Source: Anthoceros angustus (lineage: Eukaryota; Plantae; Anthocerotophyta). From it: 64,000 bases of DNA. Position numbers and translations under genes: made by a program. Positions within the stretch are counted from its first letter, which is position 1. Each line of letters starts with the position of its first letter. The notes under the pieces were generated by a model. The model saw only the letters and a program-made list of their open reading frames with translations. It did not search any database and was not told the DNA's origin. This document shows positions 40,260-52,400 of this stretch, piece by piece. Where the stretch lies: positions 186,001-250,000 of the forward strand of contig VJWM01000011.1 in NCBI GenBank assembly GCA_010909165.1. The letters are read 5' to 3'.

Positions 40260-40960
40260 AAGACGAGAAAGAAGTTTATTAAAGTCCACTGAGGACGAAC
40301 TTCCGCCATGGGACTGATATGACAGAAATATATAAAAGTATTAAAGTTTAATCGATATTTTGAACTTGACCTAAATACTAGCAAGTTGAAAAGTTGATAC
40401 ACTTTGTTCTAAAAGTTCGCATTTGTTTCAAGCAAACTCTTGTAAGAATAGGGTCAAGAAAAGAAAAGAGAAGAAACTTCACATCAAAGACTGAGCTGTT
40501 AAGAATAAGTTGGCCAAATCATTGCTGATATTTTCGTAGATGGGGCAAAAGTAAAGAAAATGTTCCTCAAGTCTCAACTTCTCTGTTGCATAACCTGCAT
40601 ATTCTGGTCTCCTAAATGGCCTTGGGTATAGCCATCTATTAGTCCCAACTCTCAGACGGTGAGACCCCACACGAAAATGATCGATAATCATCCTAAGATT
40701 GAAAGACACATGGTTGCGAGATAAGGTCAAAGCAAGGTCTCCCAGACTTGGAGAGGATACGAAAAAATTGTTTGTCAGTCTGGAGTTTAGTAGGTAAGGA
40801 TCCAAAGACGGGAGACCCGGTGTAGGAGAGATTGGTGAATATTGCAATTCATTGCGAATGGACCTATTAGAAGGAGCAGGCAAAAATTGGAAGAGAGGGT
40901 AGGCCTAGAGACTTTCAGGACTGAAGCCAAGGTTTTCAAGCCAAGCAGATGACTAGGCAT
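40260..40960 (-). mobile_element. 5'-truncated LINE 3' end (RTEX/L2-like C-terminal zinc knuckle)
   Basis: FRVGSHRLRVGTNRW..EEHFLYFCPIY matches the SH.L.IE.GRW..C..C..E.HFL..CP.Y tail. The 3' end reads ..gtcctcagtggactttAATAAAc, and a related 3'-end fragment lies at about 42015-42060. Confidence 0.7.
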
Positions 40961-41577
40961 ACCAGCAAGTCTTGCTACTTAAAGAGCCTAACTTCCGAGA
41001 GGATTGGAAAGCAAGGAGGAGGTACTGGGGAGTGGAGGGAGGATTGGAAAGCAAGGAGGAGGTACAGGGGAGTGCAGATGGGGTCCTCTAAAGATTAGAG
41101 CTAGTACAGGAAGTTGGTTGGATGAAGCAGACCCGAGCCAAGTTGAATCAAGAAAGACAAAACAAACCCTCAAGTTCAAGCGGAAAAGTGGCAAACTCTG
41201 CAAGAAAGATGGCGAAGGGGACATCTAAAACCTTTTAGAAGGAAGAAGTCTGAGGCAAACTAAGATCGCGAAGAAAGACGTTTGAACCTTATAGGAAGAT
41301 GTCTGAACCTTACAGAAGGAAGACGACTGTGGGTAGGAGCCTGTGTCCCTATGTCCACTGTCTTGGTTGCTAGACACCAACAACCCTCTGTGTGTGTCCG
41401 TACGATAACATTGCCTTCTTTGCAGGAGCAACTGATATGAGTGAATGCCTAAACGCCAATATTGATCATTTCTGTTGAGTTCATTGGAGCGGTCCTCAGT
41501 ATCAGTATCGTGTACTGTAGCATTCAGTTCTTGCTCTACTAACCTTGGAGAGTCTTCAATATGAACATGCGAATGTC

Positions 41578-41748
41578 CACATGTTTTAGCCACTGATATG
41601 CACCTTGCATATGTGTCCGCCACATGTTTTAGCCACTGATGTGCACCTGCATATGTGTCCGCCACATATTTTAGCCACTGATGTGTACCTGCATATGTGT
41701 CCGCCACATGTTTTAGCCACTGATGTGCACCTGCATATGTGCCCGATA
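41578..41748. repeat. 42-bp minisatellite, about 4 copies
   Basis: catgttttagccactgatgtgcacctgcatatgtgtccgcca in direct tandem. Confidence 0.9.
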
Positions 41749-42326
41749 TAATATTTTTGGCAAAACCAGGTAGAGCCAGGAACTACGTACGTATGAGACT
41801 AACTCACTCTCCCCTTGCATATGTGGGTGTGTGCAAATGTGTGTAGACCCCGTTAAGTCTGAGCAACTTAATAGGCCCCTTTGGGTTTTGTGTATTAGGT
41901 ATCAATCTAATCCATGTCCACCAAGTAGTAATGATAATGAAGAAATTGGGTTTTGTGCATCAGGTATCAATCTAATCCATGTCCACCAAGTAGTAATGAT
42001 AATGAAGAAGAATAAGAAAATTTTTATTGAAGTCCACTAAGGACGGATTTCCATCACGGGTCGGTACTTAACAACTTGTACCATGGTATTGCCTACATGG
42101 GACTTGGTACTCGGTACTTAACAACTTGTACCATGGTATTGCCTAAGCTACTTGCACCAAGGGCATCCATTCCCTTTAGGCCTCCCATCTAAGTACCGAT
42201 CCAAGCGACGTTCTTATAAATGTGTCCATCTGGACTCAGCCATTTGTACACACATTTACCTGCATTACCATTACGCAAAGTCAATAGTTGAAAATGGCTC
42301 TAGCCACCAGTGTAGCGGCAAACACG

Positions 42327-43097
42327 CTACTGGTGCCTGGTTCGCAAGTAAGGAGAAGTGAGCTCCACGTACTTGTTCCAGGAAGGCCTGGACGTGACGT
42401 CCTTCCACCATGCCTGCACATGCGGGCTGGCCTTGAAGATCTCGGCAACCTCAGGGGCGGCGCGCAGGATGTAGTTAGTAGGCACCATGTGCGTGACATC
42501 CGCCAAGGAAAAGTCATCACCGGCCAGGTACTTGTGCTTAGCGAGGTGAGGGTCGTAGATGTCCAACAACTCCCCAACCTTCTTGATGTTCTCCTGCACC
42601 ACACCCTCGTCTGCCGGCCTCTTGTGGAACAAAGGAGCGAAGTACCTCTCCACCACGATCGCGCTGGCAGGCTTGCTGTAGTTGTGAGCCTCCACTTCGA
42701 TCCACTGGTCAACCTTCCCCCTCAGCTTGAGATCCTTGGGATACAGCTCCGTCCCCTGTCCCGCAAACTTGTCCGCCGCATACTTAGCAACAGCCCGGGA
42801 CTCTGCCTGTCACACAAGCAAGGCTGAGTGAGCAACCCCATTCCAATCCTAGGCTTCCCAAATCGCAAGCTTCCATTCCAGCATTCTTGATTTCAACTCA
42901 CCGTAAATCTCGTAGTCTCCATCCGCAAGGTAGGGGATCTGCCCGAAAGGCTGGTGAGCCACATACTCCGGGTGCTTGTGAGCACCCTCGGGCAAATCCA
43001 CCGAGACCAACTCGAAATCCGCCTCCTTCTCCCACAGAGTAAGCAGCACGGTGCCGGTGGCTCCAGACAGAGGATAGCCGTAAACCTTGATCGTCAT
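42327..43097 (-). CDS. GSTF: Phi-class glutathione S-transferase, 2 exons (43097-42902, 42802-42327)
   Basis: MTIKVYGYPLSGAT..HKHPEYVAHQPFGQIPYLADGDYEIY|ESRAVAKY..KVDQWIEVEAHNY..KYLAGDDFSLADVTH..HVQAWWKDVTSRPSW. The GT-AG intron is at the conserved ESRA position and the frame is intact. Confidence 0.93.
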
Positions 43098-43439
43098 GGT
43101 GCCCTGCTTGGTAGCCGAGAGATTGGCCGGTTGACACACAAGCGACAATGAAACGCGGACGCCTTGAAAAGCGAATTTAGGCAAAGCAAGAGAAGCAAGC
43201 GAACAGCTCAGAGGTCTGGGATAGCTGCAGATGGAAGACGGACAACCAGATGCAGATGTAGATGAGTCCTTCATACGCACCGGATATGTTTCTACAACAC
43301 AGCGCGCACAAAGCGCAGAATCAAGGTTGAAGGACGGCCCACTGGAAGCATCTGCTACTGACGACCGGACGACCGGACCCGTGACAACACAATAAGTTTG
43401 TGGCTACGTGGCGAGGTGATACGAAGGAGAGGCGAAGGT

Positions 43440-44030
43440 TCTGGGATTCGCGCATGTATGCAAAGCGTGGCAGCTTGGAAGAGGCCCAGACAGTGGTTGA
43501 TGAACTTGACTCATTGCACTTCCTGCGTATGCAATATTACGGATTGAGTGCACAAGGACTGGGTGACATCGCTGCAGCCCTTGGACGATACGGCAGCTCA
43601 GTCCTGTCCACAATGGCTGTGTGTGGGAACGACATCATTTGGCCATCTTCACAAACTCGCCCTCGCTCAACATGCTCACGAATAGCGATATAGGCATGGA
43701 TGAGGAAGGGGCCGTGCTGATCGCAGAGGCCCTGCAGCGCTGGCCCTGGCCCTGGTTCAGGAGCTGCAGCTTCAGTTTAACAAGCCCTTCGGTCAATCCA
43801 GGTTCACCAAAGGGTCTTCCAAGGGTTGTAAAACAACCGCAGCATAAAGACTCTGGTGTTGGATGGCTGGGATGGGCTGGACGACAACATGTTCCAGGAC
43901 TTGATGAGGTCCTTGAGACCTAATTCCGACAGCATTCTAAAGAACGTCCCTATCAAGGAAACATCCTGGGAAAGCGAAGGCAAAGGGCGACAAATCCAGA
44001 ATGCTCTCATCCAAAACATACGCGGAAGAT
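43440..44030 (+). pseudogene. Decayed RI-type LRR fragment (TORNADO1/NLR-like) preceded by half a PPR S-motif
   Basis: MYAKRGSLEEAQTVVDEL; LHFLRMQYYGLSAQGLGDIAAAL; NSPSLNMLT..MDEEGAVLIAEALQ; NRSIKTLVLDGWDGLDDNMFQDLMRSLRPN. Contains stops and frameshifts. Confidence 0.5.
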
Positions 44031-46287
44031 GAACGGCAGGGTAGAGACATTGCATCATGAACCTAATAGTCATTAGAAGCTTAGAGCAGTTGGCCACATC
44101 CACAGCTTCGGAGAAGCTTCCCTAGAGTAAAGGAAAGAAGCCATCAGAAGCTGCGAGTAAGCCCTTGATTCAAGTCTTGTTCATCACCCTTACTACTGGC
44201 ACCAGCCTCACCGAACAAGGCTGCTTGCTCTGTCATCCAGTTGAGGCCCTGACAGAGAAGTACAACGACTTCGTGCTCTGCCCAACCTTACGGAGGGAAA
44301 AACTCTTTCTGATAGTGAAGAACACTGTCGACTAAGGAAAAAGATAAGGACCTCCAGCACATTCGGAATGGGGATGGAATTGGTCCAAACTGTAGCCAGC
44401 TCGGACAGTGGACTGTCCAGAAACATCTCAGGGACAGTGGTGAGTCTAGAAGCACCTACCACAAATCCGGTGCGCCCACTTTTCGACATAATTCACACCG
44501 GATCTAAGGAACAGGCCGTTCCAAGGATCTTTGACACGTTATCCTGATTATTGTGAACAGACTTTCAGCGGTTTTGATTCTACGGTCTGGACTTTCACCT
44601 GAGCACCGTGTGTGCCATAACAGTGGAAGGGCTGCGAGTGTGAAGGCGTGCGAGAAATACTGCCTCCTTCGCTGGTGGCCAACAGTGAAATAGATTCACT
44701 TAATTGTAAGAGTTTTCTTGCAGAGATCTTCAGCTAAAAACTCAGTTTGCAGAGTGATCAGCAAGGTGAGGTTGCGTTTCAGCTCTACTATATGGTAAGC
44801 AATTCGTAGCCTACTCAGGGTTGATCAAGTTGCCAGGAGATGATCGATCGGTGATCCTGACGGGAAATGTTAGCCTCTGCCAGAACCTTATCTCCAGGGC
44901 AAATTTGCATTTGCAGCAGCGTGGCGATGTCGGAATCTAGTCAGCTTCTCGGAGTAGCACAATTGTCTTACTAGCAGCAGACTGCGTTGTTGAGCAGAGT
45001 CCCCGCGGCTTGACATCTCGCGCGGTTGCTAATCACTCGCATTGCTGCTTCTCGAGATCAAGCAAACTGACTGGTAAGCAGATCCTAGCAGCCTGGTTTG
45101 ATGCCGATGATGGCTGCTTGAGCTCCTTGAGGCCTTGGTGGGCCAAGTGATTCCGTAATGCTGAGCCACACTAAAGCTTGGATCAAAGAGCCTCAGGTGC
45201 AGGCCGGGCGACGGGCGTCGTCGAATATGGATACGTATAACACATGTTCCACGAGACCTGTGGCTGGCCAGCAGTGCAGTCCTCCGGCTCCCACCATGTA
45301 CGTATAACACGTATGCCACGAGACCTGTGGACTCCATCAGGGCCCGATCTGCTATGAGGCTCCAACCTCGTGAATGGTTCGGTTTGGAGCATGGAAAAGG
45401 CCGCCACAGGCTGAGCCTCAAGTTCACAGGCTGTTGGTGCTGCTGTTGGTGTTGGTATTGGAGCTGGTGCTGGTGCCGGTTCTGGTTGACCCTCAACCCG
45501 GCGAGGCAGAGGAAAATCAGGGATGGATCGGGGCGTGGTATGCGCAGCAGGGTGCAGGTGGCGGGTAACGAGGAATTTGGCAGCGTTTTGGAGGGAATTC
45601 CAGTTCCAAAACAGAAAAGGCATGGCAAAGTAGGATTCCACTCCATGGTATGGCATTACACGGGCTGCAGCAGCTACCTTATAAGGCGGCACCTGCCACT
45701 GCCTCTCTGTCCCCTTTGCAGTGCCTTGCTCTGGCTGGCACCATTATTTGTTGGCTGCTTCTGTTTGCCTACATCACTTCCCCAAAACTGGTATCTCTCG
45801 TCTACTCCCTCGTTTTTTTCTGCTTATCAGCTTGGAACTTGCTCTGCCGAACTCCACATTCTGCACCCACTTCAGAGTCACTCTCCTCTCAGCATACTCC
45901 TGTCTCCTGTCAGCTGGAATCTGGCACCGTTATCACCCAACCCGCTCCTGTCCTTCATGTTGACCTCACATCTTAAATCCCAGCGCAATCCTTGCTCACT
46001 TGTGGTAACCTATTAACGGATCTGATAAAGGAGGCAAAGCAAGCTCTTGGACTCTTGAGCAACCTCTTCCAGTTTTTTTAAGGTACACTCCCCACATTAT
46101 ATTGCATCTATCTAACGTGCAGACTGGCATCAGTACTCTTGAAACATGTATGTCCCAAGATGAGCAGGTGAATACTTTGTCCCATCGTTCATTTTTGGAG
46201 GCTTCTCATACACTCTCCTGACAGATCAATTCTCGCATGCTGCAACAAGAACCCCAACAGCACTAGTGCCAAGTTTCAGCCGTGGAC

Positions 46288-47698
46288 ATGGCAGCAGCTG
46301 CAAACAAGTCAAGCCGGCCCTGCATCTTGGGGATGGGTACTGCCAATCCTTCAAAGGTCATATGGATGAAAGACTTTGCAAAAAGTTATGGCCAGGCAAT
46401 CGGTGTGTCCGCAGATGTCCAACTAATTGCAGACCGGATTTGTAAGCCCCTCAACAGAATGACTGCTGGTTGCACACACTTAGTCCAGACTGGGTTCTAC
46501 TAGACTACTAGTTAGATGCTTATCTTGCTGCATCAACTATTGTCCTCCAGGTCAATCAACAGGCATCACCCGAAAGCACTTGGCTGTTACGTACGACCAG
46601 TACGCCCAGAATAACAATCTGAAAACGTTCGGAGCCCCATCACTGGATGACCGATTTGCCTTGTTTGAGTCTGAGGCCATACCACTTGCCCAGGAGGCTG
46701 CGGACAAGGCAATCCAGGAATGGGGTGTGGACCGTTCTGCCATCACTCATGTCATCACATTCTCCACAAACGGGATGCCTTCTCCTGGAATAGACATGCA
46801 GCTCATCAAGGCTCTCAAGCTGGACAGGACCACAAAGCATTTCACGGTTTCATTTATGGGATGCCACGCAGGCCTGATCGGCATTCGGACGGCCGCAGAG
46901 ATTGCTTTGGCTGATCCATCTCACCGTGTTCTGGTGGTGTGCGTGGAGCTCAACTCGTGTCAGGTAGTATTAGATCTCTCAAGCAAAGCATGCCTACATC
47001 TACCAGACATCTGACAAGATAATCCATGGAACGTGTCTTTTGTTCCCAGGCACAACCCATAGATCCAAATGACATCGCCAACAACCTGGTTGTGGCTTCC
47101 ATATTCGGAGACGGGGCAGCGGCAGTAGTGATCGGCGCCAAGCCAACTGAAGCAGAGAAGCCCATCTACGAGCTCCACCGCTCCAACACAAGCTTCATCC
47201 CACAGTCAGACACTGCCATCATAGCTCGCCTGACCCAGTCTGGGCTCAATGCAGCGCTCTCCAAAAGGGTTCCACAGTACGTAGGCGAGAATGTTGCAGG
47301 CTTCGTTCACGAGATCCTGGAGGGCACTGGCTTGAACTTCGATACCATCAACTGGGCGCTACACCCTGGAGGCAAGGCCATCGCAGATACCGTGGAGAAG
47401 AACTGCAAACTTAGGCCAGAACAACTGCAGGTTACCAGGTACGCTGAACCACCCCAGGGCCACACCCGTTGCATGCACGCCACCATGGTCTATCCCCAAA
47501 CCCACGCTCATGCTTGGTACCACGTGCTCCTGCAGGAGTATTTACAACATCTACGCCAACATGGGAGGACCCACTGTCATTTTTGTGCTGGACAAGTACC
47601 GTAAGCAGAAAGAGGAGGTGCCAACCTGTGAGTGGACCCTGGCCTTGGCTTTTGGGCCTGGAATCTCTGTTGAAGGGACGCTCATGAGGATGGTCTGA
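46288..47698 (+). CDS. Type III polyketide synthase (CHS superfamily, non-CHS), 4 exons: 46288-46441, 46551-46963, 47050-47438, 47536-47698
   Basis: ILGMGTANP; FMGCHAG (catalytic Cys); FGDGAAA; [10 protein letters not shown] (His); YANMGG (Asn); [11 protein letters not shown]. All three introns are GT-AG and splice in frame. Confidence 0.95.
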
Positions 47699-49445
47699 GC
47701 CTGTAGGTGAAAGTTGGACCAGAAGATGTACTCACAAAAAACAGGTCTGGGATCCATCACCTCGGCGATTTCAAGCCCACTAATCCGGCAGCACATTCGA
47801 GCTCCGGGCTCCATGAGCTCGTTCACACCATCCTAGGCAATGGCATATGTACATCATTTTGACCGTTTAAGATTGGGATGCGTGTAGCCATTTATAAGCC
47901 TGCAGTCATTGCACACAAATACTTTAATTAATTAAAGTGGGTGCATTACGCCAATGCATATTCCACAAACGAGCATTTACGTGGACAATTTCCCATGGTG
48001 ATAAAGATCTAATAGCCTTGTCTTTCCTCACTCGGCTCCGCGATAGAGGCATATGGTAATCAGCATTCCTGTTACCCTATGGGAGACCGCACCCATGCTA
48101 TTGCTCCAGGCTTTCCGTGACATGGAAGTAGGCTGAGGGAGGGAGGGGCACAGCTGCAGAGGCTAAAAGCCCAAAGCAACTTTGCCAGCTCCTGAGGCTA
48201 AAATCTACCAGCAAATAAACCAGCCCGCTGGGTCAATGGGAGACACCAAGTCCACTGGCCACGCTCAAAAACCCGGGACGTCCGGTGCTGCTCGGGCACA
48301 TCAGGGGCAAGCACCGGACGGGCATATCAGGGGCATCACCAGCTTGGGTGCCGACAGAAAGGGACGTCGATGCGTCAGGACCGGCTGCAATGCCATGTAC
48401 TGCAGACTGATTAGCCAACTCTGAAATCTTTGCAGAAGCTTTCTTCCTAGGATGCTTTCTAGACAGGTGATTGTTGGGTTGCTTCTCAGCAGATGCACTG
48501 CTGGGTTGTTTCCCAATATTTGCACTATAGGAAGCATCCCATCATTTCCATTGCTGGGTTGCTTCCTTGCAGATGCCCTTGTTGGTTGCTTCCCAGCAGC
48601 TGGTAATTGCTTCGCGGCAGATCAACTGGCGGGTTGCTTCGAACCGGCAGATGCTTTCCTAGGCTGGTTCGGTTCACATGCACCCGCAACGCCATCGTGT
48701 GTATCCTGGCCAGCGGATGCACCCCAACCTTGTGCGCCTACGGGAGGGTCCCGAGCCTCATGGCAGCGTACGCTCCAGCAACAATGGCAGTATGCTGAGG
48801 CTGCAACTCAAAAAGACGGTCCAGCGCTGCACTTCCAACCACCTCCATCTCATCCTCCTGACCCTCCTGGTTGGGATGAACGGAGTTGCTTCCCCCGTTC
48901 AAGTCCTTCATTTGAGTCCCTTCGTCAGTTTGTCTTCAAGATACCGCAAGCTCCGTAGAACACAGCACCAGGAGGAGCCAACCGACAATAGCTGGCAAGA
49001 GGCCCCTGCACACAGAAGCAAAGCCCAAGGCTCGTTCCGGACCGTGTGCGAGGCCCATCTAACACCATCTAGCCGGGATGGCTTGTTCACAGCGCAGCGT
49101 CCTCACCACCGGAAGAAATGCACACAGCTTCCTTCCAGTCTTTGGAGCCGGAATCAGGCCCCGCCCCCAAAGGCACGTCATGAAACTCGGGCGCTCCCAG
49201 CTCAATCCGGCAACCGCAGCCCCTCTTCCACCGGACCTGAGCCAAATTCCAGGGCTGCACTCCTCGCAAGTGAGCTCGCCCCAGTCCGTGACCCAGCCAG
49301 GTCGCAAGCCCCAAGACGGCAAGCCAACGCTCTCCATGTCTCTCTCAGTTTGGAGAGGGATGGAGTTATGAAGCACATCCACGGCAAGAGACAAAGCAAT
49401 ACTCTCTGGCGTAAACACTCAGGTACTGGCTAGCTCTCATGATTC

Positions 49446-52400
49446 TCAAGGTCGACCCTTACAACTGCAACAACCAGCTGTGAATCGATGCACACGGTAC
49501 CCATCCCTGACAACAATGTCTCTCTGTTCAAGCCTTGACATTATCTCCGTGGAACTGTGGCAGTCACTGCACATGCGTAGATTCTTCGTTACCACCAGAG
49601 GTGTCCCACTCGGAGTGTTCAAGAGACCAAACGCCAGAGCTAGCTTCTCAGCATGCCCACAAAGCGCATCTTCCTTTTCCTTCTCAGACAGTGGCTTCAA
49701 CACCAACTTTGTATGAGGTACGTGGCCTCCCTCCTGCTTCACACGTGCATTGGTGCTCTCTACCTTGAGCGCAATATCCTTTGTCCGTGCTCCCACCAGA
49801 AATCTGTGTACCTGCTTATTCACCTCAATGCTCGCTACTGCAGGTTTCTTGTTAGCTCCTGCTGCCCTTCTCTGTGTTTCAATCCTGTCTACATCGGTCC
49901 ACCTACCTGCATCTGCGTAGGCATTGGCCATGAGCACATACGCAGACGCCCTTTGAGGGTCCAGCCTAACAATGCTTTCAAAACACCACGCAGCCCTCTC
50001 TATATCCCCGTGACTTTTGCAGGCATTCAACAAAGTCAAGCCCACAACACTACTTTGGCCCTCACATGATAATAACATCTTCTCTGCCTCATCTAAATGG
50101 CCTGCACGCCCAAGAAGATCAATCATGCAATGTAATGCTCAATAGTAGGTTTGATGCCATGCTGTTCAGCCATGGAATCAAAGTGCTTGCGACCCTCGTG
50201 GACCAGTCCCTCATGACTGCATGCTACTAGAAGGCAAGTAAAAGTAGCATCATTAGGCTGAACACCGGCAACTAACATCTCCTCAAAACAAGCTAGTGCC
50301 TTGTGACCTTCATCACAAGCACCATACCCAGATATCAGGGCATTCCATGTCACCACATCCTTTGTGGCCATGCTGTCAAAAACCTGGCGTGCATCTTCCA
50401 GTTCACCACATTTTGCATACATGTCCACCAGGCAGTTGCCCACAACGTCATCCAGCAGTCCTCTTTCACAATCTGAGTGCAGCTGCCTGCCCTTCTGTAA
50501 GGCACCAGTGCTTGCACAGGCCTTCAGAAGGCAAGCAAAAGTAACATGGTCAGCCAAAATGAGCCCTCCTCCATTTGTCCATACACAACAAGCGCCTCTT
50601 GGCCAGTCCTTGCTGTGCATACCCAGCAATCAGGGCATTCCATGTCACCACATCCTTTGTGGCCATGCTGTCAAAAACCTGGCGTGCATCTTCCAGTTCA
50701 CCACATTTTGCATACATGTCCACCAGGCAGTTGCCCACCACTACGTCATCCAGCAGTCCTCTTTCAATCTGTGAGTGCAGCTGCCTGCCCTTCTGTAAGG
50801 CACCAGTGCTTGCACAGGCCTTCAGAAGGCAAGCAAAAGTAACATGGTCAGCCAAAATGAGGCCTCCTCCATTTGTCCATACACAACAAGCGCCTCTTGG
50901 AGTCCTTGCTGTGCATACCCAGCAATCAGGGCATTCCATGTCACCACATCCTTTGTGGCCTGTCAAAAACCTGGCGTGCATCTTCCAGTTCACCACATTT
51001 TGCATACATGTCCACCAGGCAGGTGCCCACCACTACGTTATCCAGCAGTCCTCTTTTACAATCTGTGAGTGCAGTGCTGCCTGTAAGGCACCAGTGCTTC
51101 ACAGGCCTTCAGAAGGCAAGCAAAAGTAACATGGTCAGCCAAAATGAGGCCCTCCTCCATTTGTCCATACACAACAAGCGCCTCTTGGCCGAGTCCTTGC
51201 TGTGCATACCCAGCAATCAGGGCATTCCATGTCACCACATCCTTTGTGGCCATGCTGTCAAAAACCTGGCGTGCATCTTCCAGTTCACCACATTTTGCAT
51301 ACATGTCCACCAGGCAGTTGCCCACCACTATGTCATCCAGCAGTCCTCTTTCAATCTGTGAGTGCAGCCTGCCCTTCTGTAAGGCACCAGTGCTTGCACA
51401 GGCCTTCAGAAGGCAAGCAAAAGTAACATGGTCAGCCAAAATAAGGCCTGCTCCATTTGTCCATACACAACAAGCGCCTCTTGCCCTTGCTGTGCATACC
51501 CAGCAATCAGGGCATTCCATGTCACCACATCCTTTGGCTCTGTCAAAAACCTGGCGTGCATCTTCCAGTTCACCACATTTTGCATACATGTCCACCAGGC
51601 AGTTGCCCACCACTACGTCATCCAGCAGTCCTCTTTGACAATCTGTGAGTGCAGCTGCCTGCCCTTCTGTAAGGCACCAGTACTTCCACAGGCCTTCAGA
51701 AGGCAAGCAAAAGTGACATGGTTAGCCAATATCAGGTCCTCCTGCTCCATTTGTCCATACAGGAGAAGGGCCTCTTGGCCCAGTCCTTGCTGTGCATACC
51801 CAGCAATCAGGGCATTCCATGTCACCACATCTTTAGCGGCTAAGCATTCAAAAACCTGGCGTGCATTTTCAAGTTCACCACATTTTGCGTACATGTCCAC
51901 AAGGCAGTTTCCCAGCACTACATTATCAAGCAGTCCTCTTTCAACAATCAGAGAGTGCAGCCACCTGCCTTTCTGCGAGGCACCAGTGCTTGCACAGGCC
52001 TTCAGAAGGCAAGCAAAAGTAACATGGTCTGCCAAAATAGGCCCTCCTCCATTTGTCACAACAAGCGCCTCTTGGCCGAGTCCTTGCTGTGCATACCCAG
52101 CAATCAGGGCATTCCATGTCACCACATCCTTTGTGGCCATGCTGTCAAAAACCTGGCGTGCATCTTCCAGTTCACCACATTTTGCATACATGTCCACCAG
52201 GCAGTTGCCCACCACTATGTCATCCAGCAGTCCTCTTTCGACAATCTGTGAGTGCAGCTGCCTGCCCTTCTGTAAGGCACCAGTGCTTGCACAGGCCTTC
52301 AGAAGGCAAGCAAAAGTAACATGGTAGCCAAAATGAGGCCCTCCTGCTCCATTTGTCCATACACAACAAGCGCCTCTTGGCCGAGTCCTTGCTGTGCATA

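Noticed and set aside
41578-41748. 42-bp repeat and the ORF built on it (MADTYAGTHQWLK..)
   Set aside because: It is a plain head-to-tail minisatellite with no unique spacers, and the ORF is a by-product with no recognisable domain.
45029-46016. Overlapping 170-230 aa ORFs with Gln and Pro-Ala runs between GST and PKS
   Set aside because: They are driven by a short microsatellite-like tract, show no domain signature, and are more likely PKS upstream/UTR sequence.
48300-49433. ORFs with repeated KQP or GCF motifs downstream of the PPR gene
   Set aside because: They are low-complexity, the KQP frame has an internal stop, and no domain or splice structure was recognised.
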